NCBI GenBank assembly: GCA_051819685.1 | Contig: JBNJGI010000002.1 | Location: 2,638-66,637 of the forward strand | Reading direction: 5' to 3' | Length of the DNA stretch: 64,000 nucleotides | From: Nanobdellota archaeon | GTDB taxonomy: Archaea > Nanobdellota > Nanobdellia > Woesearchaeales > DATGWN01 | In this document: positions 47,044-55,344 of the stretch, piece by piece | How the letters are laid out: every line of letters starts with the position of its first letter | How positions within the stretch are numbered: the first letter of the stretch is position 1 | Made by a program: the position numbers and the translations under genes | The notes under the pieces: generated by a model | Database searches by the model: none | What the model saw: the letters and a program-made list of their open reading frames with translations, nothing else | What the model was told of the DNA's origin: nothing

Positions 47044-48006
47044 TCAAAGAAGTGCTGATTGTAATAAATTGTAGATGTAACCTGTTAGAATAATTGCTAA
47101 TGTTACTGCTCCAAAAAATATAGCAATTAATTTTAATTTCATTGCTCTTCTTAAAATGACTGCTTCAGGAAAACTTAGTGCTGCAATTGCCATCATAAAA
47201 GCTAGAGCTGTTCCGATTGGAACTCCTTTTTCAAATAATACAACAGCGATTGGAACTATTGCAGCACAGCTTCCATACATCGGCACCCCTAAAATAACAG
47301 CAATCGGTACCGCAAAAAAACTGCTTTTGCTTATTATTGATTGGATCATTTCCGCAGGAACATAATTATGGATAATCGCTCCAACCCCAACACCAATTAA
47401 AATTAGAACCCATAATTTTTTTATTATGGAAATAGCTTCATTCAGACCGAAATATAATCTTTTTTTGATTCTATCATATTTTATTTCTTTTTTGACTCCA
47501 TTATTTGTTGAAATAAAATCTTTGACTAAATATTTTTCAAGTTTCATTTTTCCAAGAATTAATCCTGATATTGTTCCTATCAAAATTCCGCTGATTACAT
47601 ATGCTAATGTAATTTTCCAGCCAAAAAACCCTAACATCAAAACCACAAGATACTCATTTACTAATGGAGAGGTAATTAAAAAAGAGAAATTTACACCTAA
47701 TGGAATACCTGCTTCTAAAAATCCAACAAAAAGAGGAATTGATGAACATGAACAAAATGGAGTTATTGATCCAAATAATGATGCGACAAGATTTCCTGAA
47801 CCATATTTTTTACCACTTATCCATTTTTTAACTTTATTTTGTGGCAAATAAGTCCTAAGGAATCCAATTATAAAAATCATAAAAAAAAGCAAGAGTATTA
47901 TTTTTATAGAGTCATAGATAAAAAAATTAAGTGATTCAACCCATTTTATTGTTGAATCCAGACCGATAGCTACATATAATATCCAATCTACAATTTCTTT
48001 TAACAT
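47044..48006 (-). CDS. permease of the ArsP/DUF318 family
   Basis: Polytopic membrane protein with the ITPFCSCSSIPLFVGF motif characteristic of PF03773 permeases. Confidence 0.7.
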   Translation of the reverse strand: MLKEIVDWILYVAIGLDSTIKWVESLNFFIYDSIKIILLLFFMIFIIGFLRTYLPQNKVKKWISGKKYGSGNLVASLFGSITPFCSCSSIPLFVGFLEAGIPLGVNFSFLITSPLVNEYLVVLMLGFFGWKITLAYVISGILIGTISGLILGKMKLEKYLVKDFISTNNGVKKEIKYDRIKKRLYFGLNEAISIIKKLWVLILIGVGVGAIIHNYVPAEMIQSIISKSSFFAVPIAVILGVPMYGSCAAIVPIAVVLFEKGVPIGTALAFMMAIAALSFPEAVILRRAMKLKLIAIFFGAVTLAIILTGYIYNLLQSALL

Positions 48007-48122
48007 TTCTTATTTTTAGAATCCTGACAACAGCAACATTTTTTGTCTTTTGATTTTTTTTCAAGTTTTTTATCAAGTTTTTCCATTAATTTATTAAAAA
48101 ATCCTTTTTTCTTCTTATTCAT
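48000..48122 (-). CDS. small Lys-rich peptide with CCCC motif (40 aa), not in ORF track
   Basis: My translation gives MNKKKKGFFNKLMEKLDKKLEKKSKDKKCCCCQDSKNKKC*. It starts 1 nt after the ArsR stop (48124-48126). Its last 7 nt overlap the permease ATG (48006-48004). Confidence 0.45.
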   Translation of the reverse strand: MNKKKKGFFNKLMEKLDKKLEKKSKDKKCCCCQDSKNKKC

Positions 48123-48123
48123 T

Positions 48124-48393
48124 TTAATCCTCCAAAATTCGCATAACCTTATCTTTATCTTTGATACAACACATTAAGTATTTTGTTTCTTTATTTGTAT
48201 TCAAAATATCTGCTTCTTTTAATACTTGAATATGTCTGGATATTACAGATTGATCTCTTTTTAGAAGTTTACTTAATTCGCAAATACAAGTACATTCTCC
48301 TTTTTTTAAGAGATAATCAACAATTTTTAATCTAACTGGTTCCCCTAATGCCTTATATAATTTTGCTTTATGTTGTAAATTTTTCATTTGCAT
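48124..48393 (-). CDS. ArsR/SmtB-family metalloregulator
   Basis: ALGEPVRLKIVDYLLKKGECTCICELSKLLKRDQSVISRHIQVLKEADIL, with a CxC metal site in the HTH. The track start at 48456 is GTG. The ATG at 48393 lies ~20 nt downstream of ttttataa, consistent with a leaderless mRNA. Confidence 0.75.
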   Translation of the reverse strand: MQMKNLQHKAKLYKALGEPVRLKIVDYLLKKGECTCICELSKLLKRDQSVISRHIQVLKEADILNTNKETKYLMCCIKDKDKVMRILED

Positions 48394-48562
48394 GTCTGTG
48401 CATTTGTGCAAGTTTATAAAATTTATTGTTTGAATAATATCTCCGATTAAGAGCACATAATGAATTTTGTCAATATCTCCTCTAGCGAGTGATTTGTAAT
48501 TACTAATAAACTTCGGTTTATAAGATTTCTATTTTTAATCTTCAATCAGAGATACTATTAAA

Positions 48563-48624
48563 GGTACATAAAATAAAACAAGTGCTGATATTTAAAGCAA
48601 TATCACTCATTTTTATACATGTGC
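48563..48624 (+). mobile_element. R1 mini-element (left TIR directly joined to right TIR)
   Basis: ggtacataaaataaaacaagtgctgatattt + aaagcaatatcactcatttttatacatgtgc. Confidence 0.7.
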
Positions 48625-48637
48625 TCAAATTTCGTAA

Positions 48638-48703
48638 AGTTAAACCATTAGTGTTTAATTATCCTGCGCCATATAAAATATACTTTATTTATTTCGTCTA
48701 CTA
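48638..48703 (+). repeat. R3 repeat module, copy b (left member of the 66-bp direct repeat pair)
   Basis: agttaaaccattagtgtttaattatcctgcgccatataaaatatactttatttatttcgtctacta differs at one position from 49104-49169. Confidence 0.9.
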
Positions 48704-48707
48704 TATA

Positions 48708-49088
48708 ATGAAAAAACTTTTATATCTTTATAACATTCATAATTTTATGGTAATAGATGATTTTGTTTTGAAAGATCCCCTGTTTCATGTTGGAGAAAGG
48801 GTTCTTGATTACGAGAAAATTGTGAAAGCTTCTGATGAAGATTTTGCAAGATTTTATTTAGAATTGATGATTGAATATAGAGATAAAGATGGCTGGTGGA
48901 GTGATGGTAAAATACCTGAATGTAATGAATGTCATAAAGAAATTCAGAGACCTGAAGACTTAAGGCGTTATCATGGCCTTTCAATGCACCCTTCTTGTTT
49001 TAGACAATATTATACAAGAGAAGGGGATGATGAGGGTATAATGGATAAATATTGGCAAAGAGTTGCAAATTTAGTCTTGGATTCTTGA
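48708..49088 (+). CDS. small hypothetical protein with CxxC...HxxC zinc-finger-like motif
   Basis: PECNECHKEIQRPEDLRRYHGLSMHPSCF. The track ORF starts at a GTG at 48582 inside repeat DNA. The ATG at 48708 (MKKLLYLYN...) lies ~30 nt after the R3 TATA-like catataaaata. An alternative start (MVIDDF) is at 48747. Confidence 0.55.
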   Translation: MKKLLYLYNIHNFMVIDDFVLKDPLFHVGERVLDYEKIVKASDEDFARFYLELMIEYRDKDGWWSDGKIPECNECHKEIQRPEDLRRYHGLSMHPSCFRQYYTREGDDEGIMDKYWQRVANLVLDS

Positions 49089-49103
49089 ATTTATTCGAAA
49101 AAT

Positions 49104-49169
49104 AGTTAAACTATTAGTGTTTAATTATCCTGCGCCATATAAAATATACTTTATTTATTTCGTCTACTA
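49104..49169 (+). repeat. R3 repeat module, copy c (right member of the 66-bp direct repeat pair)
   Basis: agttaaactattagtgtttaattatcctgcgccatataaaatatactttatttatttcgtctacta. Confidence 0.9.
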
Positions 49170-49215
49170 AAATAAAACATCTTTTCGCAATAGTACTCAT
49201 TTTTGTAAGTATGCC
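49170..49215 (+). repeat. R1 right-TIR fragment following R3 copy c
   Basis: aaataaaacatcttttcgcaatagtactcatttttgtaagtatgcc matches the right-TIR consensus gcaatatcactcatttttgtgaatgtgcc. Confidence 0.6.
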
Positions 49216-49266
49216 TATTCATCAAAAAGTTTATATATCTTTTTTATAATATATAAATGAAAAAAT

Positions 49267-50289
49267 ATGGATGATATAAATAATCTTGAAAAAATTGAAA
49301 AATATAAGAATTTATTTATTTTATCTAATAAGCTTGATAGGACATCCCGTCTTAAGAAAAGTTTTTTCTCTAAACTTAAAAACGCATTCAATGAAGAAAG
49401 CGCTGATAAAGTAAGAGTTTACATAAATGCTATAAAAAGATCTTCGAAAGTTACAGAAAACATGCTAAAGAAATTCAAGAATTCTCTTAAAGAAACAAAA
49501 ATAAATGAAAGCATTCCGAAAAAAGACAATTATGAAAATCTACTGATAACTCAGGGTTATCTTGAAAAATCATATACAGACAAAGAAAATAAAACTTATG
49601 AGTTGCTTAAAGATTATCTTAATAGGATTAATGAAACCATTGATGAGCTAATCACCTCGAAAAATGAAAAAGATAGTTTTGTAGACAGAATAATATCCTT
49701 GAGCCAGGAAGAATATAAAATAACTTCGAAACTTGAAGATAACGAGTCGATAGAATTACACATAGAAGAATTAGGTGAAATTGAAAAATTATTGGATGCT
49801 GACATAAAATATTCAGATAATGCTACTAAAATTATTAATTCTTTCATAAATGAGACAGAATACTTTATCAAAAAAATGCGAAAAATTAATCAGAATATGT
49901 TGCAGAATATAAACGATCTTTCAGTCAAGATTCAGCAGAATATACTCAATAAATCTTCAAAATTAACAGGAATGCCTTTTAACATAGCTTTTTCAGCAGG
50001 AAAAATTCTTGAAAAAAGAGCTTCTATTTTCGCTTTGACAGTTTCAGTATTAGGTGTGTCTTTATGTTTCATGGATCCTGAAACGGCAGATTTCGCCAAA
50101 ACTGTAAGTGAAACTTTTCATTTTACAGCAACAGGAGGGGAAATGCTTCAATCTTTGCCTGCATTAGTTGGAATATCGAAATTAATAAAAGACCATGATT
50201 TTTTAGGGAAAATAAAGAATAAAGTTTCTTATAAAATAATACCTGCTTCAAAAAAGAACATGGATTTGATACAGGGATTTTATTCTTGA
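49267..50289 (+). CDS. hypothetical coiled-coil protein with C-terminal hydrophobic segments
   Basis: ORF track. A Lys/Glu/Asn-rich helical N-terminal part precedes the hydrophobic stretch IFALTVSVLGVSLCFM. Confidence 0.5.
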   Translation: MDDINNLEKIEKYKNLFILSNKLDRTSRLKKSFFSKLKNAFNEESADKVRVYINAIKRSSKVTENMLKKFKNSLKETKINESIPKKDNYENLLITQGYLEKSYTDKENKTYELLKDYLNRINETIDELITSKNEKDSFVDRIISLSQEEYKITSKLEDNESIELHIEELGEIEKLLDADIKYSDNATKIINSFINETEYFIKKMRKINQNMLQNINDLSVKIQQNILNKSSKLTGMPFNIAFSAGKILEKRASIFALTVSVLGVSLCFMDPETADFAKTVSETFHFTATGGEMLQSLPALVGISKLIKDHDFLGKIKNKVSYKIIPASKKNMDLIQGFYS

Positions 50290-50298
50290 TAGCAACAA

Positions 50299-50608
50299 GC
50301 ATGTGTATTTAAAAGAATGAGAATATTGTATTAAGTATTTATTGAATTTGCAGTAAGAATTGAAACGACTTACAGGAGAGCAAATTCAACCAAGTTCACC
50401 CGGACAAAATAATTTGCCTTTACAAATTGACTTGTTCGGGGGTTTTATACCCTCCTACTCTCCTTAAACTTGTTTAAGGCCAGGAAAAAAGTGACTATGC
50501 CGTGCTAAAAGTTTCTACTTGTTGAAACCGCCGAAAGGTTTTCCTTGACAGCGTGCCGGAACAGTTTACTGAATTTTTGTTCGCAATATCACTAATTTTA
50601 TGAATTTG
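50299..50608 (+). mobile_element. R1 repeat, long form (~310 nt), copy I
   Basis: It is the reverse complement of copy H over its whole length. The 40-nt tccggcacgctgtcaaggaaaacctttcggcggtttcaac is identical in both. Ends are gcatgtgtatttaaaagaatgagaatattg ... tcgcaatatcactaattttatgaatttg. Confidence 0.85.
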
Positions 50609-50647
50609 TTTTTTCTACACACTTCAAAACTGAATTAATTTATTTTA

Positions 50648-50669
50648 AATTCTTCTAAGGTCGTGGTTA
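50648..50669. repeat. 22-bp direct repeat, left copy, flanking the ATPase cassette
   Basis: aattcttctaaggtcgtggtta versus aattcttctaaggttgtggtta at 51862-51883 (1 mismatch). Confidence 0.85.
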
Positions 50670-50680
50670 ATTAAAAAATA

Positions 50681-51784
50681 CTATATATCAAACAACTTAT
50701 AGAAATTATTCTTATTTACGACAATAAAATTGTCCCAACCATCATGTTTTTTAGCTTTTGAACTATTATATTTGAATTCATAAGCAATTAATTTTCCAGA
50801 TCTTTCTTCTACAAGATCGACTTCTGCTCCGTCATATGTTCTCCAGAAATAATAGTTTGAATAAATATTATTGTATTCATTAAACTTTATCTTTTCTAAT
50901 ATGCATAAGTTTTCAAAAAGCGGCCCTGTATCATTTCTTGAATCAATAAAATTGAAATTATTTATTATTGCATTTCTTATACCTAAATCATAGAAATAAA
51001 TTTTATTTTTTGTTTTTAAATTTCGTCTTTGGTTCTTTTTAAATGCTGGAAGTTTAAAGACTACGTAATTTTTCTCTAATAAATCAATATATCTTTGTAC
51101 TGTTTTTTTGTCTATCCCTAAAAGATTTGCCAATTCATTATAAGATACTTCATTTCCAAGCTGTAAAGAGAGAGCTCTTAAAAGTTTGAAGATTATTTCT
51201 GAATTTTTTATCTTCTGGAATTCAAGGATGTCTTTGTAAAGATAACTTGAGCTTATTTCTTTTAGGAGTTTAATCTTATCTTCATAAGAATCATTTGATG
51301 CAATTTCAGGATAATTTCCAAATACCATGTGGTTTTCCAGATGCTTTTTCATATTTAATTTGTCAGAATAAATCTCTTTAAGAGATAGAGGGTAAATATG
51401 GAAAACATTTTTTCTTCCTGTTAGTGGTTCAGAAGTGCTGTCAAGAAGATTAATGCTTGATGAACCAGTTATTATAAACTGCTTCTTTTTTTTGAAATAA
51501 TCCACAAGAAGCTTAATTGTCTGTCCTATTGAAGCAACTTTCTGTGCTTCATCTATGAATATCACATCATAATCTGCAAACAAACCTTCAAGAAATTCAA
51601 TATCTTTGTTGTTTAAAATCTCTCTTTCAGTAGGATTATCACAATTGAATGTTTTTGATTTGTATGGTTCTATAATATCATCCACTAATGTTGTCTTTCC
51701 TACTTGACGAGCTCCAACTATTACAATTGCTTTACCTTTAAACAGGTTTTTTTCTATGTTTTGCTTTAATGTTCTTTTGTACAT
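50681..51784 (-). CDS. AAA+ ATPase, DUF4143-containing family
   Basis: Walker A GARQVGKTT, Walker B IFIDEAQ, the FGNYPE motif, and a C-terminal EVDLVEE...AYEFK nuclease-like fold motif. Confidence 0.8.
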   Translation of the reverse strand: MYKRTLKQNIEKNLFKGKAIVIVGARQVGKTTLVDDIIEPYKSKTFNCDNPTEREILNNKDIEFLEGLFADYDVIFIDEAQKVASIGQTIKLLVDYFKKKKQFIITGSSSINLLDSTSEPLTGRKNVFHIYPLSLKEIYSDKLNMKKHLENHMVFGNYPEIASNDSYEDKIKLLKEISSSYLYKDILEFQKIKNSEIIFKLLRALSLQLGNEVSYNELANLLGIDKKTVQRYIDLLEKNYVVFKLPAFKKNQRRNLKTKNKIYFYDLGIRNAIINNFNFIDSRNDTGPLFENLCILEKIKFNEYNNIYSNYYFWRTYDGAEVDLVEERSGKLIAYEFKYNSSKAKKHDGWDNFIVVNKNNFYKLFDI

Positions 51785-51861
51785 TTTAAGTATTAAATTC
51801 TTTATTTTACGCGTAATTTAGGGAATCAAATCATATTTTTAAAGATTTCGGTGATTAAAAG

Positions 51862-51883
51862 AATTCTTCTAAGGTTGTGGTTA
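51862..51883. repeat. 22-bp direct repeat, right copy, flanking the ATPase cassette
   Basis: See 50648-50669. Confidence 0.85.
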
Positions 51884-51901
51884 TAAAAAGTGCAGGAATA
51901 A

Positions 51902-52270
51902 TCAATCTTCATTTCTATAATCATCTACTGCTTTCTTTAAGGCATTCTGGGCAAGAATGCTACAATGAACTTTTACTGAAGGGACATCACCACCCATAGA
52001 TTTAACTACATCATCCTTACTTACATTCAAAGCTTCATCTATTTTTTTTCCTTTGCATAAATCACAAAGAGCATCAGTAGAAGCTATAGCTGCTACACAC
52101 CCATAAGTTTTAAATTTTATATCTTCCAATATTCCATCTTTAACTTTGATAGAAATTTTCATGATATCTCCGCATTTAGGATTTCCATACTTTCCAACTC
52201 CATCTGGATTTTCTATTTCTCCTGCATTTACAGGATTCTGAAATCTTTTTATTATTTTATCATTATACAT
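51902..52270 (-). CDS. iscU: Fe-S cluster assembly scaffold IscU/NifU-like
   Basis: NPKCGDIM, KTYGCVAAIAS and HCSILAQNAL place the three conserved Cys in IscU context. Confidence 0.85.
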   Translation of the reverse strand: MYNDKIIKRFQNPVNAGEIENPDGVGKYGNPKCGDIMKISIKVKDGILEDIKFKTYGCVAAIASTDALCDLCKGKKIDEALNVSKDDVVKSMGGDVPSVKVHCSILAQNALKKAVDDYRNED

Positions 52271-52305
52271 TTTTTTACCTCCTTATTATAAAAATAAATT
52301 ATATT

Positions 52306-52371
52306 TAGTCAACGACATAAATAAAAAGCATTTTATATTGCGCAGAAAAATTAAACACTAATGGTTCAACT
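52306..52371 (-). repeat. R3 repeat module, copy d, between nifS and iscU
   Basis: The reverse complement agttgaaccattagtgtttaatttttctgcgcaatataaaatgctttttatttatgtcgttgacta aligns with the other R3 copies. Confidence 0.8.
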
Positions 52372-52402
52372 ATTGCGGAATATAATTACTAAATATTATT
52401 CG

Positions 52403-53545
52403 TTAAACCTCCTTTAACAAAGGTGAAATCTTTCTTAATTTATTTACCGTTTCATTCAATTCTTTTACGACATAATCTATTTCTTCTTTAGTGTTATATT
52501 TTGAAAGGGAAAATCTGACTGAATTATGGGATCTTTCAACATCATCGTGCATAGCCATTATAACATGAGATCCTTCAAGTGATTTGGATGAACATGCTGA
52601 GCCAGTTGAAACACAAATACCTTTCAATGAAAGATCATATATAATCGATTCTCCTTCTATATAATCAAAACTGAAATTTACATTATTACAAAGCCTGTTT
52701 TCAGAAGGACCATTCAATTTTGCACCATGGATGTCTTTTATTTTTAAAATCATATAATCTCTTAAGTCTTCAATTTTAGAAGTATTTTGTTTTAAAGATA
52801 CTGCTTCTGAAAATCCTGCTATCAAAGGCACATTCTCAGTTCCTGATCGAAGTTTTCTTTCTTGTCCTCCTCCATGTATTAAGGGTTCTAAATTTATACT
52901 ATCGTTAATATAAAGTGCACCTACGCCTTTAGGTCCATGTATTTTGTGAGCGTTAATTGTTATCATATCAGCCATAGATGATTTTATTTCTGTTTTCATG
53001 AAAGATTGGCATGCATCTGTATGTAAAATTACTTTTTTACTTTTACAGATATCATGAATTTTTCCCATTTCCTGAATGGTCCCAACTTCATTATTACCAT
53101 GTATGATTGAAACAAGGATAGTATCTTCATTAATTTTATCGCTAAGATCCTCCAATGAAATAAAACCTTCTTTATCGACATCAAGATATGTCACTTCAAA
53201 TCCTTTTTTTTCAAGCCATTTACATGTATTAAGGATGCAATCATGTTCAATTTTTGTTGTTATTATATGCTTACCTTTATCTTTATTTTTAAGAGCATAA
53301 CCTTTTATCGCAAGATTATTAGATTCGGAACCTCCTGACGTAAATATTATATCTTCAGGATTGCATTTTAAACTATCTGCAACAGTCTTTCTTGAATCTT
53401 CAAGAATATTTTTTGATTCATCTCCTTTATAATGTAATGAAGAGGGGTTTCCATGTATATTATCCATTACTTCTTTTATCCTTGAAGATACTTTTTCATC
53501 TACAATCGAAGTTGCCGCCGTGTCAAGGTATATGTTTCTTTTCAT
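52403..53545 (-). CDS. nifS: cysteine desulfurase (NifS/IscS type), paralog 1
   Basis: SGGSESNN, HTDACQ, NAHKIHGPKGVGALY (PLP Lys), RSGTEN and the active-site STGSACSS. The start MKRNIYLD at 53545 gives an ATGA overlap with the upstream ArsR stop. The track start is 53560. Confidence 0.85.
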   Translation of the reverse strand: MKRNIYLDTAATSIVDEKVSSRIKEVMDNIHGNPSSLHYKGDESKNILEDSRKTVADSLKCNPEDIIFTSGGSESNNLAIKGYALKNKDKGKHIITTKIEHDCILNTCKWLEKKGFEVTYLDVDKEGFISLEDLSDKINEDTILVSIIHGNNEVGTIQEMGKIHDICKSKKVILHTDACQSFMKTEIKSSMADMITINAHKIHGPKGVGALYINDSINLEPLIHGGGQERKLRSGTENVPLIAGFSEAVSLKQNTSKIEDLRDYMILKIKDIHGAKLNGPSENRLCNNVNFSFDYIEGESIIYDLSLKGICVSTGSACSSKSLEGSHVIMAMHDDVERSHNSVRFSLSKYNTKEEIDYVVKELNETVNKLRKISPLLKEV

Positions 53546-53880
53546 TTTTTTATAGTGCATTTTTCAGTGCAAAGATCACACTCATCCCTTAGTTCTATAT
53601 TTGAACAGTTTGTTTTCACATGTTTTTTAGCTAATTCCATCAAAGGTCTTATCGTTTCTCCATTAAGGGAATAAATTATTTTTTTTCCTTCCCTTTTCGA
53701 ATCGACAAAATGACATCTTGCTAAAAGCTTAAGATTGTGACTTACTTTGCTTTGCTCTTCTTCTGTTTTTTCAGATATCTCATTAACTGAAAGACTTTCA
53801 TTTGTCAATGATTCAAGTATTTTCAATCTTGTCTCATTTGCTATTGTATCAAAAAAGGGTTTATATGTTGATATTCTCAT
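53542..53880 (-). CDS. ArsR-family winged-helix regulator
   Basis: FDTIANETRLKILESLTNESLSVNEISEKTEEEQSKVSHNLKLLARCHFV, plus C-terminal Cys residues (CSNIELRDECDLCTEKC). Confidence 0.7.
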   Translation of the reverse strand: MRISTYKPFFDTIANETRLKILESLTNESLSVNEISEKTEEEQSKVSHNLKLLARCHFVDSKREGKKIIYSLNGETIRPLMELAKKHVKTNCSNIELRDECDLCTEKCTIKK

Positions 53881-53982
53881 ATGAAATTGAATTCATATAT
53901 ATTTTATAAATGTTTCGGGAGAATATCAAGGTTTCAATAAGTAGAAAATCTAGTTCAATTAATTTTAAAGATTATAGATAAA

Positions 53983-55140
53983 TCAGGATATTTTGTCAAG
54001 AAATGAAGGTTTTCTTAATTTTTTCACAAATTTTTTTATTAGTTTAATTGTATAATCAATCTCTTCTTCTGTATTGTATCTGCTTAAAGTTAATCTTATC
54101 GAAGCCTCTGCTTGTTTATTATCAAGACCAATTGCTTTTAAAACATAAGAAGGTTCAGAGCTTGCTTCAGAACATGCGCTTCCAGTTGATGAAGATATAT
54201 TTTTAGAGTCTAACATTGCACCTAAAGTATCACCTGCTATATCTTCGATAAGAAAATTAGTATTATTACATAGTCTTTTAGTATCCGAGCCATTAAGATT
54301 AGTTCCAGGTATTTCTAAAATCCCTGAAATCAACTTATTCCTTATTTTAGATATATGGTTTGTATGTTTTTTCTTATCACTTTGTTTAACAGCTTCTGCG
54401 AAACCGACAATTCCAGGTACATTTTCAGTCCCAGACCTTAAATTAAATTCATGCCCCCCACCATGTTGCCATGATTCTATTTCAGTACCTTTTCTTATAT
54501 ATAAAGCACCTACACCTTTAGGTCCATGTATCTTATGTGAATTTAGAGTTATTAGATCAATATTTTGCTTTTGTACATCGATTTCAGTTTTTGTATAAGA
54601 TTGACATGCGTCAGTATGAAAGTATATTTTATTATCTTTACATATTTTTCCTATTTCTTCTATATCATTTATAGTGCCTATTTCATTATTTCCATGTATT
54701 ACTGAAACTAATATTGTATCTTTTCTTATTTTTGATTTGAGATCTTCTAATGAAATAAAACCTTCTTTATCGACATCAAGATATGTCACTTCAAATCCCT
54801 GATTTTCAAGCCATTTGCATGAATTTAAAACACATTTGTGCTCTACTTTTGTGGTTATTATATGTTTTTTTTTGTTTGTAAATGCGATACTTTTTAATGC
54901 AAAATTATTGGATTCCGTTCCTCCTGAGGTAAATATTATCTCTTCTGGTTGAGCATTTATCGACTTTGCTATAGTTTTTCTTGCTTTTTCTATAGATTCC
55001 TTAGCATCGATACCTGAAGTGTGAGCAGAGGAAGGGTTTGCATATTCTTTAATAAAATAAGGTTTCATAGCTTCAAGAACTTTTTCATCAACTTTAGTGG
55101 TAGCAGCATTATCCAAATATATTTTTTTTAATCTCATCAT
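53983..55140 (-). CDS. nifS: cysteine desulfurase (NifS/IscS type), paralog 2
   Basis: It carries the same motif set (SGGTESNN, HTDACQ, NSHKIHGPKGVGALY, RSGTEN, STGSACSE). It shares a 50-nt identical tract with paralog 1. Confidence 0.85.
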   Translation of the reverse strand: MMRLKKIYLDNAATTKVDEKVLEAMKPYFIKEYANPSSAHTSGIDAKESIEKARKTIAKSINAQPEEIIFTSGGTESNNFALKSIAFTNKKKHIITTKVEHKCVLNSCKWLENQGFEVTYLDVDKEGFISLEDLKSKIRKDTILVSVIHGNNEIGTINDIEEIGKICKDNKIYFHTDACQSYTKTEIDVQKQNIDLITLNSHKIHGPKGVGALYIRKGTEIESWQHGGGHEFNLRSGTENVPGIVGFAEAVKQSDKKKHTNHISKIRNKLISGILEIPGTNLNGSDTKRLCNNTNFLIEDIAGDTLGAMLDSKNISSSTGSACSEASSEPSYVLKAIGLDNKQAEASIRLTLSRYNTEEEIDYTIKLIKKFVKKLRKPSFLDKIS

Positions 55141-55182
55141 ATAATATAAACTTATATTTTCTTTTAAAGTTTGCTATTGCTT

Positions 55183-55336
55183 AGCACATACAACAAAATA
55201 AGTGATAATATTGCCTTGAAGTAATTTTTGAATTTGCGGTAAGGAGTAGAACGACTTACAGGAGCGTAAATTCAATCAAGTTCGCCCGGAGGAACGAACA
55301 TTTGTTCTCAACATCGCTTACTTTTTTAATTGTGTC
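55183..55336 (+). mobile_element. R1 repeat, short form, copy J, with perfect 8-bp flanking duplication
   Basis: agcacatacaacaaaataagtgataatattgccttgaag...tttgcggtaaggagtagaacgacttacaggagcgtaaa...ctcaacatcgcttacttttttaattgtgtc. tattgctt occurs at 55175-55182 and 55337-55344. Confidence 0.85.
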
Positions 55337-55344
55337 TATTGCTT

